A stretch of DNA of 64,000 bases from Gemmatimonadales bacterium. GTDB taxonomy: Bacteria; Gemmatimonadota; Gemmatimonadetes; Gemmatimonadales; GWC2-71-9. Where the stretch lies: NCBI GenBank assembly GCA_965249575.1, contig OZ252244.1:1440001-1504000 (forward strand). Direction: 5' to 3'. Below are positions 20,812-31,682 of this stretch, piece by piece. The notes under the pieces are model-generated. The model saw nothing but the letters and a program-made list of their open reading frames with translations, made no database searches and was not told the DNA's origin. Made by a program: the position numbers and the translations under genes. The first letter of the stretch is position 1. Each line of letters opens with the position of its first letter.

Positions 20812-22473
20812 TTACATCCGCTTATAGGCCGGGCCGCTGCCCCCCTCGCGGGGGGTCCATCGCGGCCCGAGCACGTCTGTCACCTTGCAGTCGACACAAT
20901 TCGGGGCGTTGATGCGGAGGGTGCCACCAGTGAACTCGTAAACGCCCGCCGGGCACATGTGCGTGTAAAGTAACCCGAATTCCTGCCCCACTTCCTGGGT
21001 GAGCAAGTGCGTCGGGATCGTGTCGCGGGTCTTGTTGCCCGACTTGAACACGGCGTCGACTTTGCTGAACGTCAGCTTCGAATCGGGAGTGAAAGGCGCA
21101 GCGGGGCCCACGGTGCGTGGCGCGGCCGCGTCGGTGTCCATCGCAATGCGACTGCCGGGAAAAAGGCCACCCGTCACGGTCATCAAGCCCGCCTTGAAAC
21201 CGCCCACGAAGAAGCCATCCTTGAACGCGAGCCGCATGTTTCGCGTCCGGAATAGGTCCTCCATGATATACGAATGGTCGACCAGCAGATCGTATTCGGC
21301 GAGTCGGCTCGCGGAGGTATCGTTTGCCTTCAACGCCCGAAAAATGGCGCGGGCGGCGAAGATGCCTGACTGCATCGCGTAGTGAATACCTTTGAGTGAC
21401 GGCACGTCGACCAGCCCTGCCGAGTCGCCGAGGATCACGACGCCATCGCCGTGCCGTTTTTCCGGCACCGCGTAGTAACCGCCTTCCGGTATCGTCTTCG
21501 CACCCCACTCGACCATCTCCCCACCCTGGAGAATGCGACGGAAGAGCGGATGCAGTTTCATCTGCTGGAGCAGTACGTGCACGTCCAGGGCCGCGTCGCG
21601 GTAGTCGAGGCCCACCACGAGCCCGAGAGCCAACAGGTTGCGCTCGAGGGGGTACATGAAGCTCCCGCCGAACGCGTCGCGCGGAAGCGGCCACCCCAAC
21701 GTGTGCACTACTTTGTCCAGCGGATGCTCGGTCTCCCAGATCTCCTTGACACCAAGCGCGTAGATCTGCGGGTTGGCCGACCGGACATGCTGCCACTGGA
21801 GGTATGCCTGTGAGAGGAGACCCCGCGTGCCTTCCGCAAGCGCCGTGACCTTGGCAACGATGTCGGTGGGGGCCAGGTAATTCGACATGGGGTTGCCGTC
21901 GCGATCTAGACCCGTAGCCGCGGTGCGCACTCCCCTCACGCGAGCGCCATCGACCAGCAGTGCGTCTGCGGGGAAGCCCGCCAGAATGTCGACGCCCAGC
22001 TGCTCGGCCTGTTCGCCCATCCAGCGTACCACCTCGCATAAGGACGCGACGTAGTGCCCTTTGTTGCGCATGGTCGGGGGAGTCGGCAGTCGGAACGAGC
22101 TTCCCTTGGTCAGGAGATAGACGGCCTCGGCCCCTACGGAATCGCGCAGGGGCAGGCTGTCGACTTCGACGTCGGGGAAGAGCTCCCGGAGCGCCCGGGG
22201 ATTCACGACCGCTCCCGACAACGAGTGCTCGCCTAGCGCCGCCGCCTTCTCGAGCACACCGATGCTGACGTCTCCGAGACCGTCGCCTTCTTCAGCATCC
22301 TTCTTGACGAGGCGGGCCAGCTCAATGGCACCGGCTAACCCGGCAGGACCACCGCCGACGAACAGCACGTCCAGCTCGATGGCCTCTGCGTCGGGGGGAT
22401 CCGTTAGGATCAAGCGATCCTGTGGAAGGGGAGGCTGAAACTGAGCGGGCACGAGCGGGGGGGGACGCGTCAT
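20812..22473 (-). CDS. Electron transfer flavoprotein-quinone oxidoreductase
   Basis: GGGPAG FAD motif, [32 protein letters not shown]; follows etfAB. Confidence 0.92.
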   Translation of the reverse strand: MTRPPPLVPAQFQPPLPQDRLILTDPPDAEAIELDVLFVGGGPAGLAGAIELARLVKKDAEEGDGLGDVSIGVLEKAAALGEHSLSGAVVNPRALRELFPDVEVDSLPLRDSVGAEAVYLLTKGSSFRLPTPPTMRNKGHYVASLCEVVRWMGEQAEQLGVDILAGFPADALLVDGARVRGVRTAATGLDRDGNPMSNYLAPTDIVAKVTALAEGTRGLLSQAYLQWQHVRSANPQIYALGVKEIWETEHPLDKVVHTLGWPLPRDAFGGSFMYPLERNLLALGLVVGLDYRDAALDVHVLLQQMKLHPLFRRILQGGEMVEWGAKTIPEGGYYAVPEKRHGDGVVILGDSAGLVDVPSLKGIHYAMQSGIFAARAIFRALKANDTSASRLAEYDLLVDHSYIMEDLFRTRNMRLAFKDGFFVGGFKAGLMTVTGGLFPGSRIAMDTDAAAPRTVGPAAPFTPDSKLTFSKVDAVFKSGNKTRDTIPTHLLTQEVGQEFGLLYTHMCPAGVYEFTGGTLRINAPNCVDCKVTDVLGPRWTPREGGSGPAYKRM

Positions 22474-22474
22474 C

Positions 22475-23443
22475 TCACCCCGCGCGCACTTTCCTGATCT
22501 CCTCCGTCAGACGGGGCACGATCTCGAACAGGTCGCCGACGATCCCGTAGTCCGCCACCTTGAATATCGGCGCGTCCTTGTCCTTGTTGATCGCGACGAT
22601 GACTTTCGCGGTACGCATGCCCGCGAGGTGCTGGATGGCACCGGAGATACCCACCGCCACATAGAGCCCCGGGCTCACCGTCTTTCCGGTCTGGCCCACT
22701 TGATCGCCATGCGGACGCCAGCCCGCGTCGACCACCGCCCTGGAAGCACCGACCGCGGCGTTCCCGAACGCGGCCGCCAGGTCTTCGAGCAGCGTGAAGT
22801 TCGCCGGCTCCTTCAAACCACGTCCGCCACTCACGACGACGGAGGCTTCGGCAACATCAAGCGCTGCCGTCTCGGGTTCCTTGATCGAGACGGTCCGCTC
22901 CCGGGCCTCGACGTGGGGGGGGGAGACCATTTCGACGGTACCCGCCGCCGACGACTCCGCCGGCGTGAATACGTTTGGACGCACGGCAATCACACTTCGC
23001 GGCGCGGTGATCTTCAGCCGGAAAAGGGCTTTCCCGGAATACACCGGCCGCGAGACCAGAATCCCATCTCGATACTCGATGTCGGTCACGTCCGCGGCCA
23101 GCGGAACGTCCAGGCGAGCCGCGACACGGGGCCCGAGGTCCTTCCCAAGGGCCGTGCCCCCGAGGAGAACCGCCGCGTAGTCCCCTCGCCCGAAGACATC
23201 CACCACGGCCGCGGCATACTGCTGAGGCTGATACAGCTTGAGCTCATCGCTGGTTACCACGAAAACCCGCTCTGCGCCGTAGTTCCCCAACCCCTCGGCA
23301 CTAAGCCCATCCGGCCCGATGAGCAGCGCGTCGACCGACCCGCCAAGATCACCGCCGAGTTTTCGCGCGGCCGTTAATACCTCGTGCGAGACCTTCTTGA
23401 TCACACCGTCCCGCTGTTCGAGCACCGCCAGCACTCGGGCCAT
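22475..23443 (-). CDS. etfA: Electron transfer flavoprotein subunit alpha
   Basis: [40 protein letters not shown]. Confidence 0.95.
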   Translation of the reverse strand: MARVLAVLEQRDGVIKKVSHEVLTAARKLGGDLGGSVDALLIGPDGLSAEGLGNYGAERVFVVTSDELKLYQPQQYAAAVVDVFGRGDYAAVLLGGTALGKDLGPRVAARLDVPLAADVTDIEYRDGILVSRPVYSGKALFRLKITAPRSVIAVRPNVFTPAESSAAGTVEMVSPPHVEARERTVSIKEPETAALDVAEASVVVSGGRGLKEPANFTLLEDLAAAFGNAAVGASRAVVDAGWRPHGDQVGQTGKTVSPGLYVAVGISGAIQHLAGMRTAKVIVAINKDKDAPIFKVADYGIVGDLFEIVPRLTEEIRKVRAG

Positions 23444-24195
23444 CAAATTACCTTCGCTTCGTTTTGCAGAGCGTCGATGAGTGCCGGCACCGCGTCGGCT
23501 CCTTCACCGACGATCCGGCCCTCCTTCCGTTGCGGCGGAAGCTGGAGCTCTTGGATCTCGATCCCCCCCGCAACGGCGCCCACCGGTTTGACCTCGAGCG
23601 GTTTCTTCTTGGCCGCCATGATTCCCCTGAGCGCTGGGTACCTTGGCTCGTTCAATCCTTTGTCAGCGGTCAGTACGGCGGGTAGCGAAAACTCCACCAC
23701 CTCCAGCCCGCCCTCGATTTCCCGTTCGGCGGTTGCCTTACCGTCTGCAATATCTAGGTGCGCGATGGCGCTGACACACGGAATGCCGAGCAGTTCGGCC
23801 ACCATGGTGCCCACGGCCTGGCTGTAGTCGTCGATGGCGAGCTTGCCGAATAAAATCAGATCGTAGCCCTGGCCCTCGAGCTCCTTGGCGAGCAGGCGGC
23901 TCGTGACCAGTGGATCGAGCGGGACACGCTCCACCCGGAGTAGTACCCCGCGATCCGCTCCCATCGCGAGCGCCGTGCGGATCGTCTCTTGAGACGAATC
24001 CGCGCCCATGGCCACGACGACGACCTCTCCGTCTCCCGCGCTCTCCTTGTGTTTCAGAGCCTCCTCGACGGCAAACTCGTCGTATGGGTTGAGAACGAAC
24101 TTCACACCGCCCTCGTCGATGGTTCTGCCGTCAGCCCCAATCTTGATCCGGGTCTCCGTATCGGGCACCCGTTTCACACATACTGCAATCTTCAC
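23443..24195 (-). CDS. etfB: Electron transfer flavoprotein subunit beta
   Basis: GTG at 24195: KIAVCVKRVPD, NPYDEFAVEEA, ALAMGAD, NEPRY. Confidence 0.95.
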   Translation of the reverse strand: MKIAVCVKRVPDTETRIKIGADGRTIDEGGVKFVLNPYDEFAVEEALKHKESAGDGEVVVVAMGADSSQETIRTALAMGADRGVLLRVERVPLDPLVTSRLLAKELEGQGYDLILFGKLAIDDYSQAVGTMVAELLGIPCVSAIAHLDIADGKATAEREIEGGLEVVEFSLPAVLTADKGLNEPRYPALRGIMAAKKKPLEVKPVGAVAGGIEIQELQLPPQRKEGRIVGEGADAVPALIDALQNEAKVI

Positions 24196-24316
24196 CGTTA
24201 CCCCGTCGACATCGAATTGGCAGTGGGAAGCAGAGAGGCAAAATACTACGGGCCGGAGGAAACTATACCCGGGATGCAGGCGTCGCAACGGCCATCAACG
24301 CCCTTACCGACGCGCT

Positions 24317-26047
24317 TCAGCGCCCGATTGCTTTGAGCAGATGCGCAACCGGATGGGTGTTCAACACATCGTCTTTTTCCAGCCACGCGCGACGGGCCTG
24401 CTCGACCCCATAACGCATCAACGAGAGATCGGACACGCGGTGCGCATCCGTACTAATCACGACCTTCACTCCCAGCCGACGCGCGGCCATGAGATGCACG
24501 TCGCTCAGGTCGAGCCGGTCGGGATGCGCGTTGCACTCCACCGCCACCCCCTGCTCGGCCGCACACTCCAAAACCGCGGTCAGGTCGAACGCGAGACCTT
24601 CCCGTCTGTTTATCTGTCGTCCGGTGGGATGGGCGAGGATGTTCACCTGCGGATGGCTGATGGCCTCGAGAATCCGAGCGGTCTGTTTGGCCGGCGGCAG
24701 GTCGAACATGGAGTGGACTGACGCGAGGACGAGATCCAGCTCGGCCAAGGAATCGTCGTCCAGATCCAACCGACCGTCCGCTAGGATGTCGACCTCCATG
24801 CTTCGGAGGACGCGAATTCTGGGATACCGCGCTCGTACCTCCGCGATCTCTTCCCACTGTTCGCGCATCCGGACCGCATCGAGGCCTCCGGTCATGGCGA
24901 GCGCCTGGCTGTGGTCGGTGAGTGCCATGTAGCTGTAGCCAGCTGCCACACAGGCTTTCACCATGTCCTCCACCGAGTCCTTCCCATCCGACCAGGTGGT
25001 ATGCATCTGGAGATCGCCCTTCAAGTCGCGCGACTCGATCAGCTTTGGCAGCCGGTTTTCGCGTGCCGCCTCGATCTCACCCCGGTCCTCGCGTAACTCC
25101 GGCGGGATCGTTGGGAGGCCGACAGCCGCATACACGTCCCGCTCCGATCGCCCCGCGACCGGAACGCTCTGTTTCCCTGTGCCGTCGACTGGAAACACCC
25201 CGTACTCCGAGATGCTGAGGCCTTGGCTGAGCGATAAGGTCCGTAGCTTTACGTTGTGCTGTTTGGATCCAGTGAAATACACGAGGGCCGCACCGTAGCT
25301 CTGGGGCGGAACGACGCGGAGGTCGATCTGCAATCCGGATTTCAGCACGACCGAGCTACGCGTCTCGCCCGATGCCAGGACTTTGCTGACCGACGGATAG
25401 GCCGTGAAACATTCCATGACCGGCACGGGATGTTTGGCAATCGCCAGGATGTCGATGTCTCCGACCGTTTCGAGACGGCGGCGGTAACTCCCGGCGATCT
25501 CGAGCCGCTCGATACCGGGTGCCTGCCCGAGATACTCCAGTAACGGGAGGGCGTGCTGGTCGGCGTCCCCCAGCTTCATCCGAGTCGAGTGCCGCCGGTA
25601 TTCCTTGACGCCTCCGAGAATCTTCTCCTGCGTCTTCGCCCCGAAGCCCTTGAGCTGCGCAACCCGGCCGTCGTGCGCCGCGGCTTCCAGCTCGTCCACC
25701 GTCTCGACGCCGAGCTTCTTCCATAGCACGGACGCCCGCTTGGGTCCGATACCGGGAAGCCGCATGACCTCGATCAGCGTGCGGGGGATCTCGTCGGAGA
25801 GTTCGTTGAGAAGCGCGAAGTCACCGGTGCGGACAAGCTCTTCGATGCGGCCGGCGATGTCCTTACCAACGGCGGGGAGCTCGGTGAGATCCGCTCCCTC
25901 CTCAAGACGCTTCCGGAGCGGGACGGTCTCGGCTTCGACGGTACGGGCGGCGTTGCGGTAGGCCCGGACGCGAAAGGGATTCGCCTCGCCGATCTCGAGG
26001 AGATCGGCCACGTCATCGAGGACTCGGGCGATCTCGAGATTCTCCAT
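24317..26047 (-). CDS. polX: DNA polymerase X with PHP domain
   Basis: NPFRVRAY, GSYRR, GDIDIL, FTGSKQHN, TDHS, AHPTGR, STDAH. Confidence 0.95.
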   Translation of the reverse strand: MENLEIARVLDDVADLLEIGEANPFRVRAYRNAARTVEAETVPLRKRLEEGADLTELPAVGKDIAGRIEELVRTGDFALLNELSDEIPRTLIEVMRLPGIGPKRASVLWKKLGVETVDELEAAAHDGRVAQLKGFGAKTQEKILGGVKEYRRHSTRMKLGDADQHALPLLEYLGQAPGIERLEIAGSYRRRLETVGDIDILAIAKHPVPVMECFTAYPSVSKVLASGETRSSVVLKSGLQIDLRVVPPQSYGAALVYFTGSKQHNVKLRTLSLSQGLSISEYGVFPVDGTGKQSVPVAGRSERDVYAAVGLPTIPPELREDRGEIEAARENRLPKLIESRDLKGDLQMHTTWSDGKDSVEDMVKACVAAGYSYMALTDHSQALAMTGGLDAVRMREQWEEIAEVRARYPRIRVLRSMEVDILADGRLDLDDDSLAELDLVLASVHSMFDLPPAKQTARILEAISHPQVNILAHPTGRQINRREGLAFDLTAVLECAAEQGVAVECNAHPDRLDLSDVHLMAARRLGVKVVISTDAHRVSDLSLMRYGVEQARRAWLEKDDVLNTHPVAHLLKAIGR

Positions 26048-26130
26048 GCGTCGAGGCCCTCCCCGCCTTGCTCAGCCCACCAGCAGCGAGCCGAGATCGG
26101 CCCGGCTCGCCCTGGCCGGGGCGCCGTTGC

Positions 26131-28776
26131 TCAACGAAACGGTAGCCAATAGTTGATCTTGAGGGCCAGGAACTGATCCCCGGAATCGGCGAACGAGTCC
26201 CACAGATCCGTCCCCCGCACCGGAACACCCCGCTCGTCGCGGGCCGACCGATTCTGCTGCCACACCAGGAAAAGGGTGCTGCCCGCCCGCCACTCCCAGC
26301 GAAGTACCAGGTTACTCCGAAATGAGCGCACGTTGAATTCGGGGTTGTCGAGTGTGACCGTTTCCGGTCCGTCCGTTACCACAACCGACCCATCCGTCGT
26401 GCGCGCGATGGTCGTCCCATCGGTCCCGTAGGTCCTGAGTTCGTTCGTCTTCGCGGCGGCGAGCTCACCGAACCCCGTGTAAGAACCGCTACTCGTGAAG
26501 GGCTCCGCGTACAGCTCGAGAATCAGGTCGGGGTTGAACGCGTAACTGAGGCGGAGCTGAGCCGACAGCGTCCTACGATCGAGCATCGAGAAAACGTACC
26601 GCCTCCCGGAAGTGGCGGCCCGACCGCCGTCCAGCTGGTCCAGGTACTGACGGGTGTTGATCTCTCGCTCATACCTCGGCCTGACAGAGAACGTCCACGC
26701 CCCGCGCGGGCGCATGCCGAATCGAGCGCTCACATCGTACCTCCAACCGCCGAGGTCGTCGTTCTCGTATCCCGCACCGATGCGCCAGCTATTGGTGAAC
26801 GAGAAATGGCTGGAAGCGTCGCCTCGCACCAGCCACCGCAGTGGAGTAGTCATGAGCGGCCCTCCGCGGGTCAGCTTGTCGCTGAGCGAGCGGCCGTTCA
26901 CCGCGAGACTGAGGCCGGTGCTCCAGAGGTTCAGCCACGTGAGACGGGTCCACAGCTCCGCCCGCGCGGACTGCCGGACCCAACCGAAGTTCCAGCCCGC
27001 TCTGGTGGAGAGCCCGACGACGTACCGGTAGAAAATGCTTCCAGGCTCGTTCTCACGGTACCGGAGGTTGGCGAACACGTCGATGTCGTCCGCCGACATG
27101 AGGCGTCCGATATCATTGAGCTCGAAGCTTGGAGTCTCGATCTCACCCCACACGTTCCAGAGCCAATGGCGCCCACTCCGCTTGCCTACGCGCCACGTCG
27201 CGTTGTAGCCGAGCAGCGAGGTGCGGGACGAATCGAGCCGGACATAGTCGGCATCCGGTCGCTGGAAGTAATGCGCCGAGCTGTTCTGAATGCGCGCTAT
27301 GGACGCTGGATCGCCCTCGATGTAGCTGAACCCGGCGTTGGCGCGGATCTCGTACTGCCCCCCGCTGAAACGGACGGTCCAGTCGGTGCCACCGCTGTAG
27401 GCCTGTCGGTTCAGCTCGGCAGCCAACGGATCGCCCACGGCCACGTCGCGGCAAACGCCGGTCAGGATGGCTCCCGCCGTCGACCCCGACGACCCGAACT
27501 GCTTCACGACGCGGACCACACCATATCCGGTCACAGGCTCGACACGGACCTTCTCGAACCGGCTCGTCGTCGAGTCGAAGGTCCGCGCCGATTCGCGTCC
27601 CGTTACCGCCCCAAACGCGCCGATCGACAGATCGGGCGCCAGCCTCCCCGAGAGTTTCGCGGCTCCGAGAATGGTGGAGTTGTCGGGCCGGTCTACGAAA
27701 TCACCGCTCGCGTCCCCGTGGGGCGGAGCCCCGACCCGCCGCGAGTAGAAGTATCCTTGGCCGCCGCCCTGGAAAAGATCGTTTCCCTCGCTGAAAAATG
27801 GCCGTCGCTCGCTGAAGAACGTCTCGAACGCAGAGAGGTTGACCTCGGCGGGATCGGCCTCGACCTGCCCGAAATCGGGGTTGACGGTAGCGTCGAGCGT
27901 CAGGTTCGGGCCGAGCCCGACCTTGACGTCGGCGCCGACGCGGCGCGCCACCTCGCTGCCGTCTCGAAACGGGTCCCGTGCGTCGGTGTCCGACCCGAAC
28001 GTCGCATCCCCCGCCACATACGGAAACAGCTCGAGCCGGCGCGAGGGCCGAATGCCTTCGATTCCCATCAGGTTTCCAAAGCGGGACGACCACCCCGTCT
28101 CGTCACGCGGAATCATGACCCAAAAGATGTCGTCGTTTCGCGACGGGACGTACCGGTTGATGTTCAGGCCCCACACCTGCACGTCCCGGCGGCTGAATCG
28201 TAGCTGAGAAAACGGGATCCGCATCTCCGCCGTCCAGCCGGTGGAATCGACTCTCGTTCGAGCCTCCCAGACCGGGTTGTAGCTGTAGTCTCTTGACAGC
28301 TCTCCATCCCGCGGTTGGAAGTAGTCGAGCCGCACTCCCGCCGCCGTGACGGCGAACGTGTACGCCGTTCGTCGATCCAGATACGTATCGAGGGCGACGA
28401 TCAGCACCTCTGACCGCCCGAACTGGTCCCGACGCCCCATCGACGGGCGGACGTCGCCGGGGTCCCTGCTGAGCATTCGTGCTGCCACGAAGAGCGCCTC
28501 GTCGTCGTAGACGAAGGCGATGTCCGTGCGAGCCTGAGGCGCCGCTCCCTCGATTGGCTGCTTGGCAATGAAATCGGAAGAAAACTGAACTCGAGACCAA
28601 CTCTCGTCGTCCAGGTGGCCGTCAATCCTCGGCGGGGAAGCCTCGACCGGAACGCGGTGGGCGTGCATCTCCTTTCGGGCACGATCGGCAGGGGCGAGCG
28701 ACTGCGCGCCGGCCCACGAGGGCGCGATGAGCAGGGCCCCGGCCAGGAGCGAGACCCTAATCCCGATCGGAGTCAC
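26131..28776 (-). CDS. DUF5916-type outer-membrane protein with N-terminal CBM9-like domain
   Basis: PRIDGHLDDESW, WTAEMRIPFSQLRF, NPDFGQVEAD, ERRPFF, C-terminal KINYW; GTG at 28776. Confidence 0.85.
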   Translation of the reverse strand: MTPIGIRVSLLAGALLIAPSWAGAQSLAPADRARKEMHAHRVPVEASPPRIDGHLDDESWSRVQFSSDFIAKQPIEGAAPQARTDIAFVYDDEALFVAARMLSRDPGDVRPSMGRRDQFGRSEVLIVALDTYLDRRTAYTFAVTAAGVRLDYFQPRDGELSRDYSYNPVWEARTRVDSTGWTAEMRIPFSQLRFSRRDVQVWGLNINRYVPSRNDDIFWVMIPRDETGWSSRFGNLMGIEGIRPSRRLELFPYVAGDATFGSDTDARDPFRDGSEVARRVGADVKVGLGPNLTLDATVNPDFGQVEADPAEVNLSAFETFFSERRPFFSEGNDLFQGGGQGYFYSRRVGAPPHGDASGDFVDRPDNSTILGAAKLSGRLAPDLSIGAFGAVTGRESARTFDSTTSRFEKVRVEPVTGYGVVRVVKQFGSSGSTAGAILTGVCRDVAVGDPLAAELNRQAYSGGTDWTVRFSGGQYEIRANAGFSYIEGDPASIARIQNSSAHYFQRPDADYVRLDSSRTSLLGYNATWRVGKRSGRHWLWNVWGEIETPSFELNDIGRLMSADDIDVFANLRYRENEPGSIFYRYVVGLSTRAGWNFGWVRQSARAELWTRLTWLNLWSTGLSLAVNGRSLSDKLTRGGPLMTTPLRWLVRGDASSHFSFTNSWRIGAGYENDDLGGWRYDVSARFGMRPRGAWTFSVRPRYEREINTRQYLDQLDGGRAATSGRRYVFSMLDRRTLSAQLRLSYAFNPDLILELYAEPFTSSGSYTGFGELAAAKTNELRTYGTDGTTIARTTDGSVVVTDGPETVTLDNPEFNVRSFRSNLVLRWEWRAGSTLFLVWQQNRSARDERGVPVRGTDLWDSFADSGDQFLALKINYWLPFR

Positions 28777-28865
28777 GTGTTGATCGGCGCGCTCGCGTAT
28801 GGAATCATAGGCGCCGAGAGGGTACCCACGGACAAAGCCTCCCGCCAGCGCGGCACCCAATCAGC

Positions 28866-30054
28866 TCAGTTGCCCCCCGAGATCCGGTACACACGGCCCG
28901 CCGCCGCAAGCACATACAGTTCGCCATCGCGGTCCTGGCCGAACGACAGCACCTGGCCAACGGCGCCGACGTCCCACTCGGTCTCGTCCTGAACGCTGCC
29001 ATTGCTGAACCTAAAACTGCGAAGCCACCCATCGCAGTAATCGCTGTAGAAGTAATGACCGGTCAACTGAGGCAACGCGCTTCCCCGGTACACAAAGCCC
29101 CCGGTTACGGAGCACCCGTCGGAATGACTGTACTCGATCGCGGGGAGCACGAGACCTTGTTCGCTGGACGTGGACGACCCGAAGCAGTGGGCGCCTTCCA
29201 TGGTGTTCCAACCGTAGTTGAGGCCCGCCTGATCTCGATCTACGACGTTGACCTCTTCCCACTGGTTCTGGCCCACATCGGCAACGTAGAGCGCGCCACC
29301 AACCGCATCGAAGGAAAACCGCCACGGATTGCGGAGGCCGTACCCCCAGATCTCGTCCCGACCGGCCTGCCCGATGAACGGATTGTCTACTGGAACGGCG
29401 TAGGGATCGCCTCCATCGACGTCGATTCGCAGGAGGGACCCCAGAAGCGTCCCGGTGTTCTGACCGTGCGCAAGCTGGTCTCCGCCACTCCCCCCATCAC
29501 CCAGTCCGATGTACAGCATGCCGTCGGGGCCGAAAGCAACGAGGCCGCCGTTGTGGTTGGAGAACGGCTGACCGACTCCGAGAATCAGCTTCGCGCTGGA
29601 GACGTCGGCGGCGCTCGGATCGGGGCTCACCGCGAAGCGCTCGACTCTCGTATTACCCGCGAGATCGGTGAAACTCACGTAGAAGAAGCCGTTTGCCGCA
29701 TAATTGGGGTGAAACGCCAGCCCGAGCAGGCCCCGTTCGCCCCCGCTGCCAACTCGGCCCTCGATGTCGAGAAAGGGAATCGGTTCGAGCGCGCCATTGT
29801 TGACAATCCGGACGCGCCCCGGTTGTTCGACCACGAACAGCCTGGGATCCCCCGAGGGCGCGGTCAAAATACACCGGAGACGCCAGGCCGGATGCGACTT
29901 CGACGAGTTCGAGGGCGCCCCCGTCCCCGCCCCCGCTACCGCTACCGGAGGGTCCGGAAGCCGAGGAGCAGGCGGTGATGCCGACAATGGCCATGATCGA
30001 AACGAGCGAGACCGGCGGCGGCCGCGAGCGGTCTCTCCGAGTGCGGTATACCAT
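28866..30054 (-). pseudogene. PQQ-dependent sugar dehydrogenase (glucose/sorbosone family) lipoprotein, frameshifted near 29866-29869
   Basis: Signal peptide and ...VASGLASPVY are in ORF 29653-30054; LTAPSGDPRLFVVEQ, ERGLLG, NHNGG, GLRNPWR are in ORF 28866-29987; one extra T joins the two frames. Confidence 0.8.
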
Positions 30055-30156
30055 GCTGCGAACCTTAACCCATGGCCGCGGTGGAGTTCCGGGCCACGCC
30101 CGTGCGAGGAGCCGCCTCGGGCCCCCCAGGGCTCCGCGGAAGGGTGCTCGGCCGGG

Positions 30157-30186
30157 TTGACAACGGCCCCATAGGCCGGGTATCCT
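30157..30186 (+). promoter_or_regulatory. Sigma70-type promoter of the sulfur operon
   Basis: TTGACA (30157-62)-N18-TATCCT (30181-86). Confidence 0.7.
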
Positions 30187-30234
30187 AAGTTCTTGGTAGC
30201 TGTAGGCTAAAGGTGCAGGAGAAGCCGAGGTAAC

Positions 30235-30330
30235 GTGACTGTTTCAGCCAGGGAGTGTATGTGTTGCTGCTGTGGCGGCCGGCCCGGACCGGGCGGCGCG
30301 GGTGGCGACCCTCATCGACCTGAGCTTTAG
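30235..30330 (+). CDS. Poly-Cys leader peptide 1 (MTVSARECMCCCCGGRPGPGGAGGDPHRPEL; alternative ATG at 30259)
   Basis: Manual translation; GAGGT and AGGAG upstream of the GTG; four consecutive Cys codons at 30262-30273; TAG at 30328-30330. Confidence 0.75.
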   Translation: MTVSARECMCCCCGGRPGPGGAGGDPHRPEL

Positions 30331-30358
30331 CTTCAAGTAAGCATCGAGTGAGTGAGAC

Positions 30359-30387
30359 CGCCCCGGCCTGCTGGGGCGTTTTTATTT
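30359..30387 (+). terminator. Attenuator terminator 1
   Basis: CGCCCCGG-cctg-CTGGGGCG followed by TTTTTATTT, between leader 1 and the first structural gene. Confidence 0.8.
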
Positions 30388-30401
30388 GGAACGAGGTGGC
30401 T

Positions 30402-31670
30402 TTGCCCGAACGGAGACAGTTGCGCTGCCGGCTCTGCGCCGAGGAGGTCCCCCTGGGACCATCCCACGTCTGCGAGTACTGCTTTGGGCCGCTCGAAGTG
30501 GTCTACGATACGGAGGCCATCAAGCAGAACGTCACTCGGGACGTAATCTCGTCGAGACCGCAGAACCTATGGCGGTACCGGGAGATGCTGCCGTTCGACG
30601 GCGATCCTCGAGTCGGGCGCGAGGTGGGCTTCACTCCGCTGGTGCCGGCGCCACGTCTCGGAGCTGCCTTGGGAATCGACGATCTTTGGATCAAGAACGA
30701 TGCAACCAACTACCCGACCTTGTCGTTCAAGGACCGGGTAGTGGCGGTGGCCATCAATCAGGCGCTGGCCTTTGGCATTTCTGTCGTTGGGTGCGCGTCC
30801 ACCGGCAACCTCGCCAACGCGGTCGCTGCACAGGCGGCGGCGGCCGGGCTCGAAGCATGGATCTTCATCCCCGACGCGCTGGAACGGGAAAAGATCGTGG
30901 CCACGGCAGCATACGGGCCTCGACTGGTCCGCGTGAAGGGCGTGTACGATGACGTAAACCGTTTGTGCGCCGAGGTGGCCGATCGATATGGGTGGGGCAT
31001 CGTCAACGTCAATTTGCGGCCGTTCTACAGCGAGGGCTCGAAGACCGTCGCGTTCGAGATCGCCGAACAGCTCGGTTGGCGACCGCCCGCCGGAGTCGTC
31101 GCGCCCATGGCCGGCGGGTCGCTCGTCACCAAGCTGCGGAAGGGATTTGTCGAGCTGGACCGATACGGCCTCGTCCCGGATGCTGCGGCGGTGAGCGTCT
31201 TTGGCGCGCAGGCCGCCGGGTGCGCCCCAATCGTGCAGGCGCTCCATGGGGGCGGAGCCGATGTTCGGCCAGTCCGGCCGGACACCATCGCCCTCTCTTT
31301 GGCGATCGGCAATCCGGCCGACGGGCCGTTCGCCATTCAGGCGATGCGCGAGAGTGGCGGCTGGGGGGAATCGGTGAGCGACACCGAAATCGTCGCGGGC
31401 ATCTGCTTGCTGGCCGAAACCGAGGGAATCTTCACCGAGACGGCGGGGGGCGTGACGGTATCGGCTGCTCGCAAGCTCGCGACACAGGGACGATTACCGA
31501 CGGAGGGTCCGATCGTTTTGTGCATTACGGGCAACGGATTGAAGACCATCGATGCAGTCGCCGACGAGCTCGATTTCGGAGCCGTGATCGAGCCGCGGCT
31601 GGCGTCCGTCGCCGACCTGGTCGGCAAGCGCGGCGCGTCACGCACATGCTCGCCGGCCGCCGTCACCTAG
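30402..31670 (+). CDS. Threonine synthase-like PLP enzyme with N-terminal Zn ribbon (possible sulfur-carrier-dependent homocysteine/cysteine synthase)
   Basis: CRLC...CEYC, PTLSFKDR (PLP Lys), CASTGNLA, EGSKT, ITGNGLKT; TTG at 30402 after GAGGT. Confidence 0.85.
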   Translation: MPERRQLRCRLCAEEVPLGPSHVCEYCFGPLEVVYDTEAIKQNVTRDVISSRPQNLWRYREMLPFDGDPRVGREVGFTPLVPAPRLGAALGIDDLWIKNDATNYPTLSFKDRVVAVAINQALAFGISVVGCASTGNLANAVAAQAAAAGLEAWIFIPDALEREKIVATAAYGPRLVRVKGVYDDVNRLCAEVADRYGWGIVNVNLRPFYSEGSKTVAFEIAEQLGWRPPAGVVAPMAGGSLVTKLRKGFVELDRYGLVPDAAAVSVFGAQAAGCAPIVQALHGGGADVRPVRPDTIALSLAIGNPADGPFAIQAMRESGGWGESVSDTEIVAGICLLAETEGIFTETAGGVTVSAARKLATQGRLPTEGPIVLCITGNGLKTIDAVADELDFGAVIEPRLASVADLVGKRGASRTCSPAAVT

Positions 31671-31682
31671 GAGAGGAAGTCA

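Noticed and set aside
30348..30401. ORF-track N-terminal extension of the thrC-like gene
   Set aside because: It runs through the terminator hairpin; TTG at 30402 has a GAGGT SD and sits just before the Zn ribbon.
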